The notes under the pieces were generated by a model. That model did not search any database and was not told the origin of the DNA. It saw only the letters and a list, made by a program, of their open reading frames with translations. A program made the translations under genes and the position numbers. A DNA stretch of 64,000 nt from Camelus ferus (lineage: Eukaryota): assembly GCF_009834535.1 (NCBI RefSeq), contig NC_045697.1, positions 110,920,001 to 110,984,000 on the forward strand, written 5' to 3'. This document shows positions 43,353 through 57,699 of this stretch, one piece after another. How positions within the stretch are numbered: position 1 is the stretch's first letter; each line of letters begins with the position of its first letter.

Positions 43353-46300
43353 GGGAGGGAGATAAAGATGGCAGAGTGAGAGGACATGGAGCTCCTCTTA
43401 CCATCTCCCACAAACACATCAAAAATACATCTATGTGTGGAGCAGTTCTCATGGAAAACTAACTGGAAACTGGCAGAAGGGCTCCCATACAACCAAGGCT
43501 GTAGGAAAGGTACACATGTAATCGGGTAAGATGAGAAGAAATATACTGGGTTGGCACCTATGCCCCTGGGAGGGGAATCAGAGGAAAAGGGAGATCACAT
43601 GGACAAACACTTGCCCTAGGGAGTGAGTAGGACAAGCAACAGACGGGACCTCCTAGTCCTGAGGTCCTCCATGTAGGAGGAAAGCCCCCTTGGCTGCTTG
43701 GAGAACTGCTGGGACAGACAGAAAGGCTGGAGAAGTCCATCTCCACTGATGAGGAGTGCACAGGTGCTGCCGTAGACGTCTGCCCTAGCGTCTGCTGCTG
43801 CACCATGCTCCCCAGCCCAAGCCAAGTGAACACCCAGCCTCATCCATGCCACAGCTTGGCAGTGGACCTTGGACCGCCAATACCTGGGAAAAGACCTGAC
43901 CTAGGAATGCAGGAGTGACCCGCCTGGGACAGAGCACAGGTGGGGTGATGGCCATTGTTGGTGCTTACTCAAGCAGCGCCCCAGAAGCAGCCCAGATGGC
44001 TGCCAGAAACCCCAAAACTGCCTTGCTGTGCACCCCAGCCTAAGTGGAGCAAATGCTCCAGCCCCACCCACTCCACAGCACTAGACCTAGAGCAGCCATG
44101 ATGGGGGGAAAAATGCAAACTTGGGCTGCATCTGAGCAGAACCACAGATAACTACACAAGTGGAGCATTGGACATCTGTAAGCACATGAGCTCCACTTGC
44201 TTCAGCACTCCCCTCCTTTGGGGAAAATGCCCCTGTGAGGAGAGAAGGGAAACACACTCTTAAAGGGAACAGAGCCAACTCGAGCCTGACCCTCAGAACT
44301 TCCATGCTACAACTTGAGAGCAGACTCCTCTCTTGACAAGGTGGTGATGGCTACCGAGCAAGGAAGTCCTGCCTCACCACCTGCACAGACTCTAGCTCCC
44401 CAATCTCCAGTCAAACCTCCTAATAAGTAGCCAGCACACCCTGAGTAAAGATATGACTCGCATCCGCATCAAATCCAGTCCTCCCACAACAGGCATTGGG
44501 CAAATACTGTTGACATAGGGACACACCCACATAAGAACACCCCTTCAAGACCACAATAGGTAACTATTTCACCTAAATTTATAGCGACAGAGAAAGTTAA
44601 GTAAAATGAAAAGGCAAAGGAACTACTCCCAATTGAAAGAGCAAGAGAAAACTCCTGAAAAAATAAATGAAACATAAATAAATAATTTAACAAAGAATTT
44701 TAAACATTAGTAGTAAAAATGTTAACTGAATCTAGAAGAGAATTGATCTAAACACAAATAATTTTAACAAGAAACTAGAAAATATAAAGAAGATCCAATC
44801 AAAAATAGCTAATTTAATATCTGAGATAGAAAGCACTCTAGAAGCACCCTAGAATAAATGGCACAAAAGGATACATAAGTGATATGGAAGGTAGAATAAT
44901 GGAAATCACCCAATCAGAACAGCAGAGAGAAAGACAAATGAAAAAAAAAAAAATTAGTGCAATATATGAGATCTGTGGGATAGTATTAAATGTGACAACA
45001 TTTGCATTGTAGATATTCCAGAAGAAGAGAGAGATAAGGGTATTAAAAATGTATTTGAGGAAATTATGGCTGAAAACTTCCCAAACGTAAAGAAGGAAAC
45101 AGATATCCAAGTACAGGAAGCACAGAGGGTCCTAAACAAGATGAACCCAAACAGACTCACACCAACACGTATAATTAAAATGACAAAAGTTAAAGATAAA
45201 GAGAGAACTCTAAAGGCAGGAAGAGAAGGATAAAGAGTCATTTACAAGAGAACACCAGTTATTTTCTGGTGATCAGTTGATTTCTTTGTAGAAATTTTGC
45301 AGGCCACAAGGGAATGGCATGATATATTCAAAGCCCTGAAGGGGAAAAACATAGGATACTCTACACAGCATGGTAATCATTTAGAATAGAAGGAGATAAA
45401 GAACTTCTCAGACAAGCAAAAGCTTAAAAAATTCACCAGTATTAAACCTATGTTTACAAGAGATGTTGAAGGGTCTCCTCTAGATGGAAAAGCAGTAAGA
45501 ATTTTCCAGAAAAGAAAAATTCCTATAGGAAAGGCAAGTATATAATAAAGATTGAAGGTCACTTAAATAAGCCAGTACATAGATTAAAAGACAAAAAATT
45601 ACCAACGTAACTATAACTACAATAAACAGTAAAGGAATAAGCATGAAGATGTAAAATATGACGTCAAAAACATGAAAGTGGGGGAAGGGGAGTAAAAATG
45701 TTGATCTTTTAGAATGTATTTAAACTTAAATGACTACTAGTTTAAAGCAAAAAGATATAATTATGGGTCAATGTTTATGAACCTCATGGAAACCACATAT
45801 TAAAAAACTAAAATAGATACACAAAAACCAAAAAGAAAGGAAACCAAGCATAATATAAAATATTATCATCAAACCACAGTGGGAGAAACACAAAGAAGAA
45901 ATGAACTGAGAAAACTTAAAAAACAACTAGAAAACAAATACTAAAATGGCAGTAAGTACTACCTATCAACAACTACATTAAATGTGTCAATGGGCTAAAT
46001 GTTCTGATCAAAAGACATAGAGTGGATGATTGAATAAAAAGCCAAGACCTTCCCCATATGCTGCTTACAAGAGACTCACTTGAGGGCTAAATACACACAA
46101 ACTGAAAGGGAGGGGATATAAAAGGGTGTTTCATGCAAATGGAAATGACAAGAAGGCAGGAGTGGCAATAATCATGTCAGACAGAATAGACTTTACAACA
46201 GGCAATAACAAAAGACAAAGAAGGGTGTTATATAATGATAAAGAGATCAATATAATAAGAGAATATTACACTTGTTAATATCACACACCCAATATCAGAG

Positions 46301-47059
46301 CATCTAAAAATATAAAACTAATACAGACATAAAGGGAGAAATGGACAATAATACAACAGTAGTAGGGGAATTTAACACCCCACTGACATCAATAGGCAAA
46401 TCATCCAGACAGAAAATCAATAAGGCAACAGTGGTCTTAAACAACATAACACAACACACATTGGACTTCACAGATACCCAAAGCCATTACATCCAAAGCC
46501 AGCAGAATACACATTCTTTTAAGGTTCACTTGGACCATTCTCCAGGATAGACCACATACTAGGTCATAAAAGAAGCCTCAACAAATTTAAGAGGCTAGAA
46601 ATTGTATCAAGCATTTTTTTTGAACCACAACAGTATGAAACTAGAAATCAGCTACAGAAACAAAAATGAGAAAAGAACAAATACACAGAGACTAAACAAT
46701 ATGCTACTGAAAAACAAATGGGTCAATGATAATATCAAAAATAAAACTAGAAAATACCTCAGAATGGCCATCATCAAAAAGTCTACAAGTAACAAAGGCT
46801 GGAGAGGGTGTGGAGGAGAGGGAACTCTTGTACACTGTTGGTAGGAATGTAAACTGGTGCAACCACTATGGAAGACGTTATGGAGGTTCCTCCAGAAACT
46901 GAAAACAGAACTACCATATGATCCAGCAATCCCACACCTGGGTATATATCTGGAAACAATGAAAACACTAATTGGAAAGATTCGTGCACCCCAATGCAGT
47001 ATTATTTACAATAGCCAAGACATCTGTGCCCATCAACAGATGAGTGGATTAAGAAGAGT

Positions 47060-47094
<35 letters not shown>

Positions 47095-47544
47095 ATTGAA
47101 TATTACTCATAATGAAATACTGCCATTTGCAGCAGTGGGGGTTGACCTCTAGAATATTACACTAAGTGAAGCAGATCAGACAGCTAAAGGCAAATACTGT
47201 ATGATATCACTTATAGGTAGAATTTTAAAAATAATACAAATTAATGCATATGCAAAAGAGAAATAGACTCACAGACATAGAAAACAAGCTTGTGGTTACC
47301 AAAGGGGAGAGGGAAAAAGAAAGGGACAAATTAGGGGTATGGGATTAACAGATACAAACTACTATACATAAAATAGATAAGCAACAAGGATATACTGTAT
47401 AGCACAGGGAATCATAGCCATTATCTTATAATAACCTATAATGGAGTGTAACCCGCAAAAATGCTGAATCACTATGCTGTACGTCTAAAAATAACATAAT
47501 ATTGTAAATCAATTATACTCCATATAAAAAATAAATAAAATAAA
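43353..47544 (+). mobile_element. L1 with 5'UTR, decayed ORF1, ORF2 endonuclease, large internal ORF2 deletion, and 3'UTR
   Basis: 5' gggagggagataAAGATGGC; ORF1 remnants from ~44606; EN motifs from ~45946 (CLQETH, GEFNTPLT, RIDHIL); direct jump at 46760/46761 to RMAIIKKS...WRGCG; 3'UTR and A-rich tail. No clear TSD. Confidence 0.92.
47061..47091. repeat. (CA)15 microsatellite inside the L1 3' region
   Basis: Perfect dinucleotide run. Confidence 0.95.
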
Positions 47545-50500
47545 GGTCTCCTTAAGCAAAGAGCAATGTTTAGAGTATTTTTTAAATATTTCATGTCTAA
47601 TGTCTCTAAGCACAAAAGTAGTGAATAAGAATAACAATTATCTGATTTTAAATATTAATCGGCAAAAGCAAGGAATAAAAATTTCTGAATTTTATTTTTA
47701 TTCAAAAAGTGGTCTTCTATGGTCTTAGAATACTTTATTTAAAGTCCAATGTTTATGTTTTATAAAGTAATAAGGCGTTCAGAATCTGTCTTAGCTTGTG
47801 TATTTAATGTTAACAAATTCCCTTAGAATTATGCAGAATGAAAGTATGTGTTAGAAGGGTAGATTTCTGTAAAATTATATACACAACATTACATAAATGA
47901 AAATTCTAGCTGGGACTAGCAAGTTCTCATCAGCCCTCTGATGATAAGATACACAAAACAGAATTCTTCAAATGATGATAGTGTTTTTAATATTTTAATA
48001 TGGAAAAAGTCCTTCTAAGTTCACAATAATTCTGTACATGGGCTCTGTTGTTTATTTTCATGACAGCAAAAATGCCACGCATCCATGAAAAGCAGACTCT
48101 GAGTAAATTCTGCTAGGTCATCTCTAAAACAATAACCAAAAAAAATTACAAATTTATGATTCTCTCTGCTATCATAAGTTGTATCCATTTGGGGATATTT
48201 TTCATATATTTTTCTCAGAATTTGGGTTAGAGCTAGAATTTGGAACCTGTCTGAAGACATGCAACATACAAGCAGGGTTTTAAAAAATGTATGTTCATAT
48301 GACTATTTACAACGTTGTGCCCTCCAACTCTCCCAAATAAAGTTATAGACAATCTTGACGCTTAATGGCTTAGGGTTCTGAACTCTGTACATGAATGTCT
48401 GCTGAAACACAATAATAAAGGTAAAACTACATATGCAATGCTAGGGTAGACTTAGCATTTCAATATAATTAAACACAAATATACTGGGAAGGAATGGAGA
48501 TAGCTGGCCAAACATCAAGGCACAAATGACAACTTTAAACTGAACTCAGGCATCCTGGTTTCGAATACAATTTAAACATTGACAATGCAAAATTTCCAGG
48601 TTCAAGAAAGAAAGTCCCATGGTTAATAGAAATTTCTCATACAATACTGGAAATGAATCAAAAATAAAAATACTGCTTAAAATACCCAGAGTTATAAATG
48701 TAAGAGAAAAGGGAATTCTCAAAATATGTTTTGAGTTTTGCTAAACATAGAACATTTTAATGTGAAATTTAATTTTGCCAAGCTCAGAACACTTCCAGGT
48801 TCTCCAAGGCTTTTAACGTATACAAATTTATATTCTTTCTTTTCACCACCTCGGCAACAATGAAAGCAGCTTTCCAAACCCACATTGATATTTCTTTGAC
48901 CCAGGGTGTCACAGTTCCCTATGCGGCTCATTCCAATGTTGCTACAGTCACATGGAGGGAACAGCTCTGACTTTTAATTTTAAAAGATCAGCTACTAAAA
49001 CAGTTCTGATCTCATGGGTTGAAAAATAATATTTTGGTAGAAAATACCACATTTTGAATCTTTTTTTCTTAAAAAATATTGGCAAAACCTAACTCATTTC
49101 TCTCTTTTCGGCTATCAGTGTGTCTAAACTGGTTTCAGTTGTCTCTGGGAGGAAGCCAACAGTTCCCTGTTCACTTTAGTAATCATATATTTAATACAAT
49201 AATATTAAATATGTTAATAAGGAAATAATGCTCTTCTAAGACATATCCCAAAACTGTAAGGACTGAGCTGGAGACTGACAACCTCTTCCCTAAAGAGCAG
49301 TGAAAAGGCAGCATTTTTCACCATTCACTTGCTTGTCTATGTTTCCAGACAGAGAGCTGATGAATCAGTAACTGGGGATAAGAATTCAGAATTGGAAGTG
49401 GGCACAGAAAAATATGCTTTGAAATCCTTTGGCCTAGAAGCAGTTTATTTACTATTAGAAGCACATGAGTCTTTTGGGTATAAGACAAGCTATATGATGG
49501 CTACTAATGTAAGATTTCTTCAGAAATAATCAAAACAATTCATGCTTCTTGTTTAGAAGTTTTGGGTTATGAAAGAATGTGTACACATAAATTAAAATTC
49601 TTGCTCTGCAAAGAGTTTTGGGACGAAAGGCAGATAAAGTCCTCACAGGTAGCTCTTGCCTGCTATTCACAGCTTAGAGAAGGGATGCAGACACATCTTG
49701 CAGACACTTATTTCTAATAACCACTCTGTGAAGTTGGTACCCTTGCCCAGATAACATAACTCAAGTTCAGTGAAGGAAACAAACTTGACTGAGTCAGGGG
49801 TAGAACACAAGCCCAGGCATTTTATCATTGTATTAACTTACAAAGAAACTGAAGCCAGATTACTTATAACTAGATATAAACCCAACAATTGCTTTAAAAA
49901 TTGTTTTTTTTTTCCCCAGTGACAGCTTAGTGCGTTGCTTTGTCATTGTCTCTCCCTCCTGTCTTCCCTGTACTTAAGTGTGGATCGTCACATTCTGTTG
50001 ACCCTGTCCTCTACAAATCCCTAGTAACGTTTCTGTCTTTTCTAATGTTTCTGTCAGCCTGCCAGGCTAGGCACTCATCACCTCCTCGCTGAACTAATTA
50101 GGAGCTTTCATGTTGACCTCTGACGTGCCACTCTACCAAATTAATCTTTCTGGAACACTTTCAACATGGCTTTTCTGTGCAAAACCTTCAATGGATGGCT
50201 GCATCTTCCCTGGTACCATTTCTCAGTGTGAGTTTTGGATTGTGCACATTAGAATTAGTGAGGAGTGAAGAAAACACACTGCAATATATTTTCTGAAGAT
50301 AGAGCCATAAATCTGCATTAAACTAGCCTGTTTAATTCTTACAAGCCCCTACCCCTCAGAGTCTGGCTCCATCCTTGGCTCCAGCCTTGTCAGCCTTCTC
50401 GTTGTCTCATGACCTCAGGCTTTGTTCTACCTCCTTGTCTTCATTCATGCTGTTTGCTGTTGCTCCCTCTCCCCTCATCCTTGTACTTTCTCATTTCAAA

Positions 50501-53500
50501 TCCATGTCTTTCATCCTGCCACTCTAACTACCGTAATGCTTCTTAGTATTCTGGGCAAGTGAACTTTCCAAGTCAGATTATAAAACACACGTATCTACCG
50601 TCATGAAGACCCAACATTCTCTCTCAGTGACTCACAGTAGTCACTATGCATACAGGTTATGGGGAACTGCAGGAAAGCATCCTCATGCCGACATTAAGGT
50701 CACTGTGTCCTCCCCAGATTATATGGGGTCACCTCCCCAGCTACTGGTATTCTCACTCCCAAAAGATTTTGCTGGGTCCTCTTCGAGTTTTCAGATTCAA
50801 TACGACATGGGTCATTAAAGCTGATAAGTAAGCTTATTAAAAATCCTATGCTAAGAATGAGTCAATAAGGCTCTGGTAAAAATTTCATGAAATAAAGTGC
50901 CCAGTTAACAACAGGTTTTATGCCAGAGAGTTGTGTCCCACGTTGGAGTCCTTCACGTACTGCAAGATTCAAAGCTCTGCTCTCCAGGATTGAAAAGCTC
51001 TAAGTTTGAATTCGGAGTAAACAGGTGTTGATAAAATCTTTTTGATTGGTTTTAATATGTAGGATTTCTTAAAGGTAAGTATAATCTAATCAAAATTATC
51101 CAAGCATTTCTACAAAGAAACATATTAAGCCTTTTCTGAGTCTATATATTATCCCAACAATGGTACATCTATAGTTAGATTTTCATCATTTTAGTTTAAC
51201 ACAGAAATAAAGTCATGGACAGAGTAAAAATGCAGTTTTAGAAATCTAAACGATCTGAACATAAACAACCAGGTAACATCAATCAACATAGTTTTCACAT
51301 ATTAAAAAAGAAAAATATAAATACTCCAAATTAGGCAAGGGTAATTGAGATGGATGGATTTATTTATATTTGATCGAACCTTTAGAGAGTCTCTTTAATA
51401 CCCACACCACAAGCCTTGGAGGCAAGAATTACAACCTCTGAGAAGACTAAAGAGGTAATGAATCATCAGAGTCAAAAGTAATCAGCATCAAGGCGAGACC
51501 TGGGGCCTGGATCTGTGTGACAGCTCTGCAGTCAGGGCTTGCAAGAGCGTCGTGCCCAGACGACACACTCAGAGACACACAGACACACTTAGACACACAC
51601 ACAGATTTTTGATGCCCTATAGTATTTTATTCATCATTACTCTCCTAACTAGCAGACTGGGTGTAACAAGCACTAAAGACAGTATGTTGCAAATATTGAC
51701 AATTACTTACTAAATAGTCCAGTTATTTTCTTCAGGTTTTAAGAAACTGATGAAGAAATTCAGCCTTAGAAAAATTCAGCCAGCAAATCACCAAACAGAT
51801 TCAAACCCAGACAGTCTGATTACAAAGCCCAAATATTTAACTAAAATCACCTTTCTAGTATCTTTCTTTTACAGCACTTAATTCATTTTAATGTGTATGC
51901 TAAGATATGTCTCCCAAGCAGATTATAACATCTTAATGGGGCTCTACCATATTTAGCTTAAAATCTTGAGATTCTGGCACACAGTCTGGCACATAGAAGT
52001 TCCTCTTTAAGTGTCAATGACAATACAATTCTAGCAAAGATATCACTTAACACATGTAATTTGAGTAATCAGTGGTATTTTAAATAATGTTCTGCTGCAC
52101 TGGCATCCCCTCCTTCCATTTCTCCCCACCTTACTTTCGCACTTAATCCATTTTCATGCTGAATGCACAGCGGCTGTGAATCCGTAAACCGCAGCGCCAT
52201 CACCATGGAGACATCCTCTGCTACCAGATGCAGATAGTGACTCTTATCTATTGAGCTTTCACCCTGGCTCCTCACAGTTTATGATAAATTACAGACAATG
52301 ATGATCCTTCCAGTCTTCCAATAATATGCATTTTTCCCTTCACCTAGATTTTCTTTTCTTGTTTATTATTCTTCAATCCTCACTATAAACCTCTTAAAAC
52401 TACAGAATCAAAATGCAACCTTCCCTGAGCTTCCAGGAGAATATAATGCCCCATTCACCCTGACAAAGAAAGAAAATATGATACATGACAAGCATAGAAG
52501 AGTAATAAGATCATCATGAGAAGACACTAATCCAAACATGTGCTCATTTAAAAAGGCCTTTGTAACACTGAATCTTAAAAACCTACCTCTCAAAATTATT
52601 ATTTTTTCCTTTTGCTATCGCACCCCAATACTGTTTTGGCTGGTTGTTTTTTCTTTCAGTTCTTTTATTAAGTTTGTGGTCATAATTTGTTCCATTTATG
52701 TTTTTATGAGTCCACCAATATTTTCCAGATCCTTAAAAAAAAATCTTCCTTTTGAAGAATCCATTCTCCCTCTAAGTGTATTCATCCCTTTCACTCCTCT
52801 CAAATGTATAGCAGGTATTCTGAGTATTTCAGACAAACACTTATGGTCAGCCCTACTCAGACATTCTTAAAATCCTCCTCTCCTGGTTCACTTGGCACCC
52901 CCACTGGTACGGGGTCATGTTGTGCAGCCCTTTGCAACATTCCTGTACAAATACAATGAGTGAATATTGGAAAGAAGCCAGCAATTATTTAAGGAGTTAA
53001 AGTAATAAAGATAAAAAATGAGATATAATCAAAATAAATTTTGAGTTTTAAAGTAAAAACTCTAAAATAATTAAGAATTCCGGCCACAAGAGTAGGGCTT
53101 GAAATAGGTAAGTTAGGTGAGCACTTGTGTTTGATTCAAGGGAAGTGAAAATTCAAGGAAATATTGTAATTTTTATAAGAGATTCTGCCACAGGACCCTT
53201 TCTTAGGCCTAGAACTTCACAATGACTCTCCAATGGACTTTAGCTCGATTACAAAATTCCACATTCAAATTCATAAACACCATCTCCCTAATAAAGTTAT
53301 ATTAAAAAAAATTTAAAGGGAAATTGCTCTACTGTTAAATAGAGAGAAGTGTATAAATGGCATTATGTCCTTGACTAAACTGAGTGAAATTCACTCTCTT
53401 AATCTTTACCAAAAAAAAAACCATGACAAATAGGAAATGGATGACCTATCTGAAAGGTGTTTTTTGATGATGAATAAACACCACTGCAGTTAACATCTCT

Positions 53501-55379
53501 GCAAACGGAAAGCAACAACAACAAAGCCAGCTGGGTGCTGCAGCATGAGGTGGTGTATAAATAGAAGCTCCGTGGAGGGAACACAGCAGTGGAAAGGCAG
53601 GTGGAAGTTAGCTCCTGGTGCCGCAGCGTTGGCACAGTCAGCCAGACTCCAGATGGAGAAGGGAAGCTTGGGGGAGCCAGGTATGTGAGGAGCACAGGCT
53701 GTCCATCTGGCACCCCCTCACGGTTCATGAAAACTGCAGGTTGGGTGAGAACTTGAGCAATGACAATAAAAAACAAAGGACGAATGCCCTACCCACTCAC
53801 TGGGACCTGTCTCTAGTACCCAAAGCCATGGGTTAGAGTCAAAATGTAGAAGTCACTCATCCTTTCAGCATGACACTGGTAGTCATGATGTCAAATCTAA
53901 TGCTTGTAGCACTGTGCCCTGACAAGACAGCAACTGCTTTTAACTTCTGATTTTGACCTTCATTTTGACTTTACGCCTTTAGACATTTTAAGTCTGTTTG
54001 AAAGATTGGCAAAAAAAAAAAAACAAAAAACAAAAAAAAACCCTGCCAGAATTATAATTAAGAAAACATACCTAAGTGAAGTTGAACATTAAACAAATAT
54101 GTCAGCAATAAAATCTATATAATATCTCAAGTTTTCTTTCTCTTTTTAAAATTGTTCTTACTTTTTAGTGCGGGATACTTTGTCCAGGCTAATTTGGAAT
54201 ACCCCCCAAAAAAGATATTAGTCCTATTTGGCTTTTTAAAATATTTATTTTTTTCCTCCCTACACATATGAATTGGGGAGTTAACGTAGGTATTTTGGCA
54301 GAGAGTCAATTCTATTGTGCCTTCCATTTACTATTAATGTATTAGAACCATGAAAACAATAGCCCTGTACGTCCTCAGAGGGCACTCCACACCCTCTACA
54401 TATCCTAGGATTTTTCATTTATTTATTGACTCGTATTTTCAAACCATTCAATCCATCCATTCTCACCAGTCTTCATGAGAAACCTGTAAAGTGGAAGGGC
54501 AATAATTGAGGGGTCTCAGGTCACCAAAAGATGAGCGATATCTTAAGTCAGGCTTTTAATTCCTTGCCCCGTGATCTCCCCCACTTCACTTCCTCATTAT
54601 TCAAATCACTGTTTAAAATATTTAAGTTAGTGTACAATGTATAATTCACTCTCGTGCAAATTTTCTTCAAAACCAGAGTAGAGAATCATTTAAATGTTCC
54701 AAATGTTTTCTCAAGATTGTACAAACTTCTTAAAAAATTATGTCTGATCCATAAGATTTCATAATTTCAACAGAGGACAAAATGAACAAAGTAACCGTGC
54801 AGTATTAAAGAAATGAATTAGGCATAATCGGTTGGTATGTTTCGTGTTTGGAGAGCACCATTTCACATTTTCCTTGACTTGGCCAAAACTGTAGAGTGCA
54901 TTAGAATAGTTTGATAAACAGGAAATTCTCCAGTTTGAACCACAGAAGAAATATTTTCTAACAGGTACTACTTGTAACTGCAAAAATCAACCTTTTTATT
55001 ACTACCTATTCTTAAAACACAATAGAGCAGTTGTTCAGATTTATAACAAAAGTATAAAAGAAGCACAAGGCTACACGAAATGTAATGCAAATTTGATGAT
55101 CAGTGCTCTAGTACTGTGCTCTTTGAGATCAACAGCACAGCCTTAAAAGGTTGAAAATGCGTTAACACCTGAAACTAGGTTGACTTGGTGGAAATGGACC
55201 AATGACTACGACAGAGTTAAAACACTTGCATTTGTCACCTAAAGAAACTTCACTCCAGTGAAGAACACGGTGGCTGAATAGGGAGCTCACGGAAGCACCC
55301 AGTGCTAAACCACAGTCACAGTTTCAAAGCAGTTTTAATATCTAGGTAGGAAAAATAATTAAGTTTCAAGACTTGGGAA

Positions 55380-56757
55380 AATCCTCTTTGGCTCTTGGTT
55401 CTGCCCTCTAGGATTCCAGTCTCAATCTTTGGGCTCAGTACACCTTTTTTTTTTCTCTGAAAGGTTGCACCTATTTGCAGTTGAGTGATTTTATCATTAG
55501 TTTTATCCACCAGTAGAATTTGGGGGATCAAACAGCCAGCCTTATTTCATTTCATACTCTCTGTCCGTCTCTGTCCAAGCTGGCAGTGTTTGTACCAATA
55601 TAAAATTCTCAAACTATGTGTGGGCTTTTTGTGAATTTCACAGGGTTTCACTCCATTAGATAAGATGCCCTTCTACAGATCTCTCCTGGATAATCTCTTC
55701 TCTGGTTTTGGCTTCTGCTGAGATGGCTGAGGAACACCACCATTCAGATTTGTAGAAGCCCTTAGTTTGAATGAGGCAATCTGTTAATCACACCCTTATC
55801 TCTTCAAAGACTCTTCTATGTACTCAAAACTTTGATCTTTCTTAGAGTCACACCTTCAGCCTTTTCTCCACAGCACACTTTACCAGCAATAAATCTCTTA
55901 ATTTTAGAGACTTTTCCCATCTGGATAGGTTGAGAACTTCCAAAATCATTAAGTTCTTATTTCTTTTTGTTTAGTAATTTTTCCCTCAATTTATCTTTCT
56001 CTTCTCACATTTTACTATAAGCAGCAAGAGAACCCATATGTTATGGACTGAATGTGTTCCCCTAAAAACCCTAACCCCAATAAGGTTGTATTTGGAGTAA
56101 GAAAGTAATTAAAATTAAATGACTCCCTAAGAGTAGTGTCCTGATCAAATAGGATTAATGACCTCATAAGAAGAGACACCAGAGAGCTCACTCTTTGTCT
56201 CTCTCAAACATAAGGAAAGGCTATGTGAGCACAGAGCAAGACGGCAGTCACCTACAAGCCAAGAAGAGAGCTCTCAGAATGAAATCTGCCTTCCTGACAC
56301 CTTGACCTTGGACTTCCCCATCTCCAGAACTGTAAGAAATAAATTTCTGTTGTTTAAGCCTTCCATGCTGTGGTATTTTGTTATGGCAGCCTTAGCTGAC
56401 TAATACACCAGGTAACATTTTCTCTATTTTGATTAGAAATATCAAGTAAATATCCAAGTTCATCATTTACAAGTTCTACCTGTAACATAACTACAGGACA
56501 CAATTTCGCTATGCTCTCTACCACTATGTGACAATGATCCCCATTCCTTCAGTTTCCAGTAACATGTTCCTCACTCCCGTCTAAGCTCTCATCAGAAGCA
56601 TCCTTAATGTTCACATTCATATTCAAGGCACTCTAGGCTTTTTCTATCATATTCCTCAATATTCTTCCAGCCTCTGCCCACAGCCCTAAGTGTGAATCCA
56701 TTTTCACATTTTTAAGTATTTATTACAAAAACATCCTGCTTCCCAGGTACCAAAATC
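55380..56757 (-). mobile_element. MaLR MLT1 internal region, interrupted by a nested LTR
   Basis: Starts on minus with GATTTTGGTACC directly after an LTR; MLT-int-like text (ggcttctgctgagatggctgagg; ttttactataagcagcaaga). Left boundary uncertain. Confidence 0.7.
56039..56407 (+). mobile_element. MLT1A-like solo LTR nested in MLT1-int
   Basis: TG...CA ends: tgttatggactgaatgtgttcccc ... ctccagaactgtaagaaataaatttctgttgtttaagcc...ttgttatggcagcc...ctaataca. Confidence 0.88.
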
Positions 56758-57379
56758 TGTATTAATTTTTATTGCTGCCCTAACAAATTATGGCAAATTT
56801 TGCGGCTTAGCCCAACACAATTTATCTCACAGTTGCTGTAGGTCAGAAGTCCAGGCACAATGTGGCTCAGCTGGTTCCTCTACTTAAGAGTCTCATTAGG
56901 TGCAAACTGAGGTGTCAGCAGGGTGACATTCCTTCCTGGAAGTTCTGGAGAAGGATCCGCTTCCAAGTTCATTCAGTTTGTTGGTAAAACTCATTTCTTT
57001 GGGACTACAGAGCAGAGGTCCCCCCAGAATCCCTTTTCTTTGGGAGCCTCTTACAGCTCCATGGGCCCCATGCTTCACCTTGGGCCTCCAGCAACAGCAG
57101 GTGGAGCTGTTTTCCTCACACATCCGTCTCATACTTCAGATCCCTGACTTCTCACTCTGCTGCATCTCTCTGACTGACTCTTCTGCCTTCTGCTTTCAAG
57201 AGCTCATGTGACTACAGTGAACTCATCTCATCTTTGAGAATCTCCTTATTTTAAGGTCATCTGTTTAGTAACCTGACTTCCATCTGCAAAGTCCTCTTAG
57301 AGCAGTGCGTGGATTAGTGTTTGACTGAATGACTTGTGGGCAAGAATCTTGAGAGGACATCTTTAGAATCTGCCCAACA
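56758..57379 (-). mobile_element. MLT1E/F-like LTR (5' LTR of the MaLR element)
   Basis: tgtattaatttt.tattgctgcc.taacaaatta...tctcacagttgctgtaggtcagaagtcc...gcttccaagttcattcag...ctttagaatctgcccaaca. Confidence 0.8.
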
Positions 57380-57699
57380 AATTAATGTTCCTCTGATTTT
57401 CCTTCCCTCCCATCTTTTGATATCTTTGAATATTTTTTAGAATTCCATTTTAATTTTCTTTTGGCTTTTTTACTTTTATACTATTCTATATAGACTTTAT
57501 ATAATCTCTTCAGTTGCTTCAATGCTTACAATGTATAGTTCAGTTCACACTTTATACCATCAACTTAGAATTAAATCATTTTACCACTTCCAGCAAAAAT
57601 AAATAAACAAACGCTACAGGTCCTCTTCCATCCCCCCCCCCTATGATGTCATCACATGTATCACACTGAAAGCCCTATCAGTGAATTTCCTCTGCTCTA

